NCBI GenBank assembly: GCA_036785375.1
Contig: JAWMAR010000175.1
Span: 2,914,001-2,978,000, forward strand
Length of the DNA: 64,000 bases
From: Leucoraja ocellata
Taxonomy: Eukaryota
Direction of reading: 5' to 3'
In this document: positions 62,649 to 64,000 of the stretch, in pieces
Layout: the number at the start of each line of letters is the position of its first letter
How positions within the stretch are numbered: the stretch's first letter is position 1
Notes under the pieces: model-generated
The model's database searches: none
What the model saw: only the letters and a program-made list of their open reading frames with translations
Told to the model about the DNA's origin: nothing
Made by a program: the position numbers and the translations under genes

Positions 62649-62891
62649 TGATGTAGGGACCTGAATAGCTATTCCTAGTGTCTGGCAGCATTTCAATCTG
62701 TATACCACTTTGGAAAGATGTCCAATAACTTACCCTCAGTTTAAGGTAGAGAGCAGTGATTATAATGCCATAGATAAAGAGAATTCCATCCAGATGTAAC
62801 AAAGTTTCGGGTCATTCAGGTCCATAGTGCCAGCATCTGTTAAAGTTGGAAACAAAAAGTCTGGTCAATGACCCATCCAAACAATATCTAA

Positions 62892-63336
62892 AGGGGCCTG
62901 TCCCACTGCCGTGACCTAATTGGCGAGTTTCGAAGAGTTTGCCCTCGACTCATCCTCTCAGCAATGTCGACACGAGGTCCTAGGAGGTCTTTGTGACTCT
63001 CCTTCATGCTCGAGAGTGGTCTCCGCGTACTCGAGGCCTCAGCTGGGTCCGGGCGTTTTTCTCAACATGCTGACAAAATGCCCGCGAGTAAAAAAAGGTC
63101 GCCATGGAAAAAAATCGAATTTTTTTTTTACTCGTAGGTTTAGTTGAAGTCGGTCGTAGGAGGTCGGCATGTTAGTCGTAGATAATCGAGGGAGGTTAAA
63201 GGTAGTCGAAGGTGGTTGTAGATAGTCTTCATCATAGTCGAAGGGAGGTTGAAGGAGGTCTTCAACATGGCACTTTTCAAACTCTCTTAAACTGTTCTAA
63301 ACTCGCCAATTAGTTTGCCGCAGTGGGACAGCCCCT
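62892..63336. mobile_element. PIF/Harbinger-type MITE
   Basis: TAA|AGGGGCCTGTCCCACTGC..CTAATTGGCGAGTTT ... AAACTCGCCAATTAG..GCAGTGGGACAGCCCCT|TAA; 3-bp TAA TSD. Confidence 0.85.
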
Positions 63337-63911
63337 TAACGATTCCATTGTGTACCATCAGTAGTTTTCAACAAATAACCATGGTTGTATGTCATTATAT
63401 TTCATTTCAATATTGAAAGCTAATTGGAGAATGTGATGATTTCATTGATAATTCTTGGTCTGTTCCTATCGATAATGTGTACACTCACACTTCGTAACAT
63501 CTGATATTGCCCGAATCACTTGTTGTGCTATCTGGCGCACTCATTTACGCTATTGTCATGAAGCTGTTATTCCAATGCTCACCGTTTCCGTTCTTACAAA
63601 ACTAACCGTATCTAAAATAATTTTTGCCACTCAATATTTGTCACATTGTTCTCTTCTTATTCCCAGTTCACTAATATTTTAAATGTCATTGTTGTTTTAA
63701 AAATCCTGTCATGGCCCTGCCCCCGGGCTATGTCAGTAATCTCCCGAACCCTCGCATTCTTCAAGTTCTGTCTGCAATTACCATTTCAGCTATCAATTAA
63801 CATAACTGAATATCCAGATGTTCTGATCATTGCTGTCATTAGGAGACTGTTGTACACAAATGTCATCATTACCATCAGTGACTGCAGTCCAAGGAGTACA
63901 TATGTACATGC

Positions 63912-63996
63912 AGACAAAAGTGCTGGAGAAACTCAGTGGGTGCAGCAGCATCTATGATGCTGCTGCACCCGCTGAGTTTCTCCAGCACTTTTGTCT
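63912..63996. mobile_element. Palindromic Penelope pLTR derivative (41-bp arms, 1 mismatch, 3-nt loop)
   Basis: 63912-63952 and 63956-63996 are reverse complements; the element runs off the window edge. Confidence 0.82.
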
Positions 63997-64000
63997 ACCT

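Noticed and set aside
488-64000. CRISPR-like or prokaryotic system suggested by recurring short palindromic repeats
   Set aside because: The repeats are dispersed retroelement termini in a vertebrate intron/exon context; no regular repeat-spacer array or cas genes.

Overview
Vertebrate genomic DNA, most likely an elasmobranch such as a skate or ray, judging from HE1-type V-SINEs, CR1/HER1-type LINEs, Rex1/Babar and Penelope elements. The only host gene visible is the 3' half of POU2F1 (Oct-1) on the + strand. Six coding exons (3102-3247, 8032-8211, 12192-12300, 18027-18405, 24648-24736, 27766-28064) have canonical AG/GT junctions and compatible phases. They encode the POU linker, the homeodomain and the Ser/Thr/Ala-rich C-terminus ending in TKAQ*. 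A repeat-poor, AT-rich ~17 kb stretch follows and looks like a very long 3'UTR (candidate AUUAAA at 45291). Introns and the downstream region are full of degenerate TEs: CR1, Rex1, L2, Tx1, two Tc1 elements, a Helitron, a PIF MITE, a CA..TG element with 8-bp TSD and a tRNA-Pro pseudogene. The most notable non-gene signal is a family of about 15-18 short repeats that are the 3' pseudo-LTR of a Penelope-like retroelement (RT + GIY-YIG remnant at 55.7-57.1 kb). They carry a minimal hammerhead-ribozyme core (CUGAAGA-A-stemII-GAAA-CG-UH). Many are inserted as head-to-head palindromes, some with long TSDs, and one intact core lies sense in the last POU2F1 intron. Nearly all other ORFs in the six-frame track are TE fragments or spurious.
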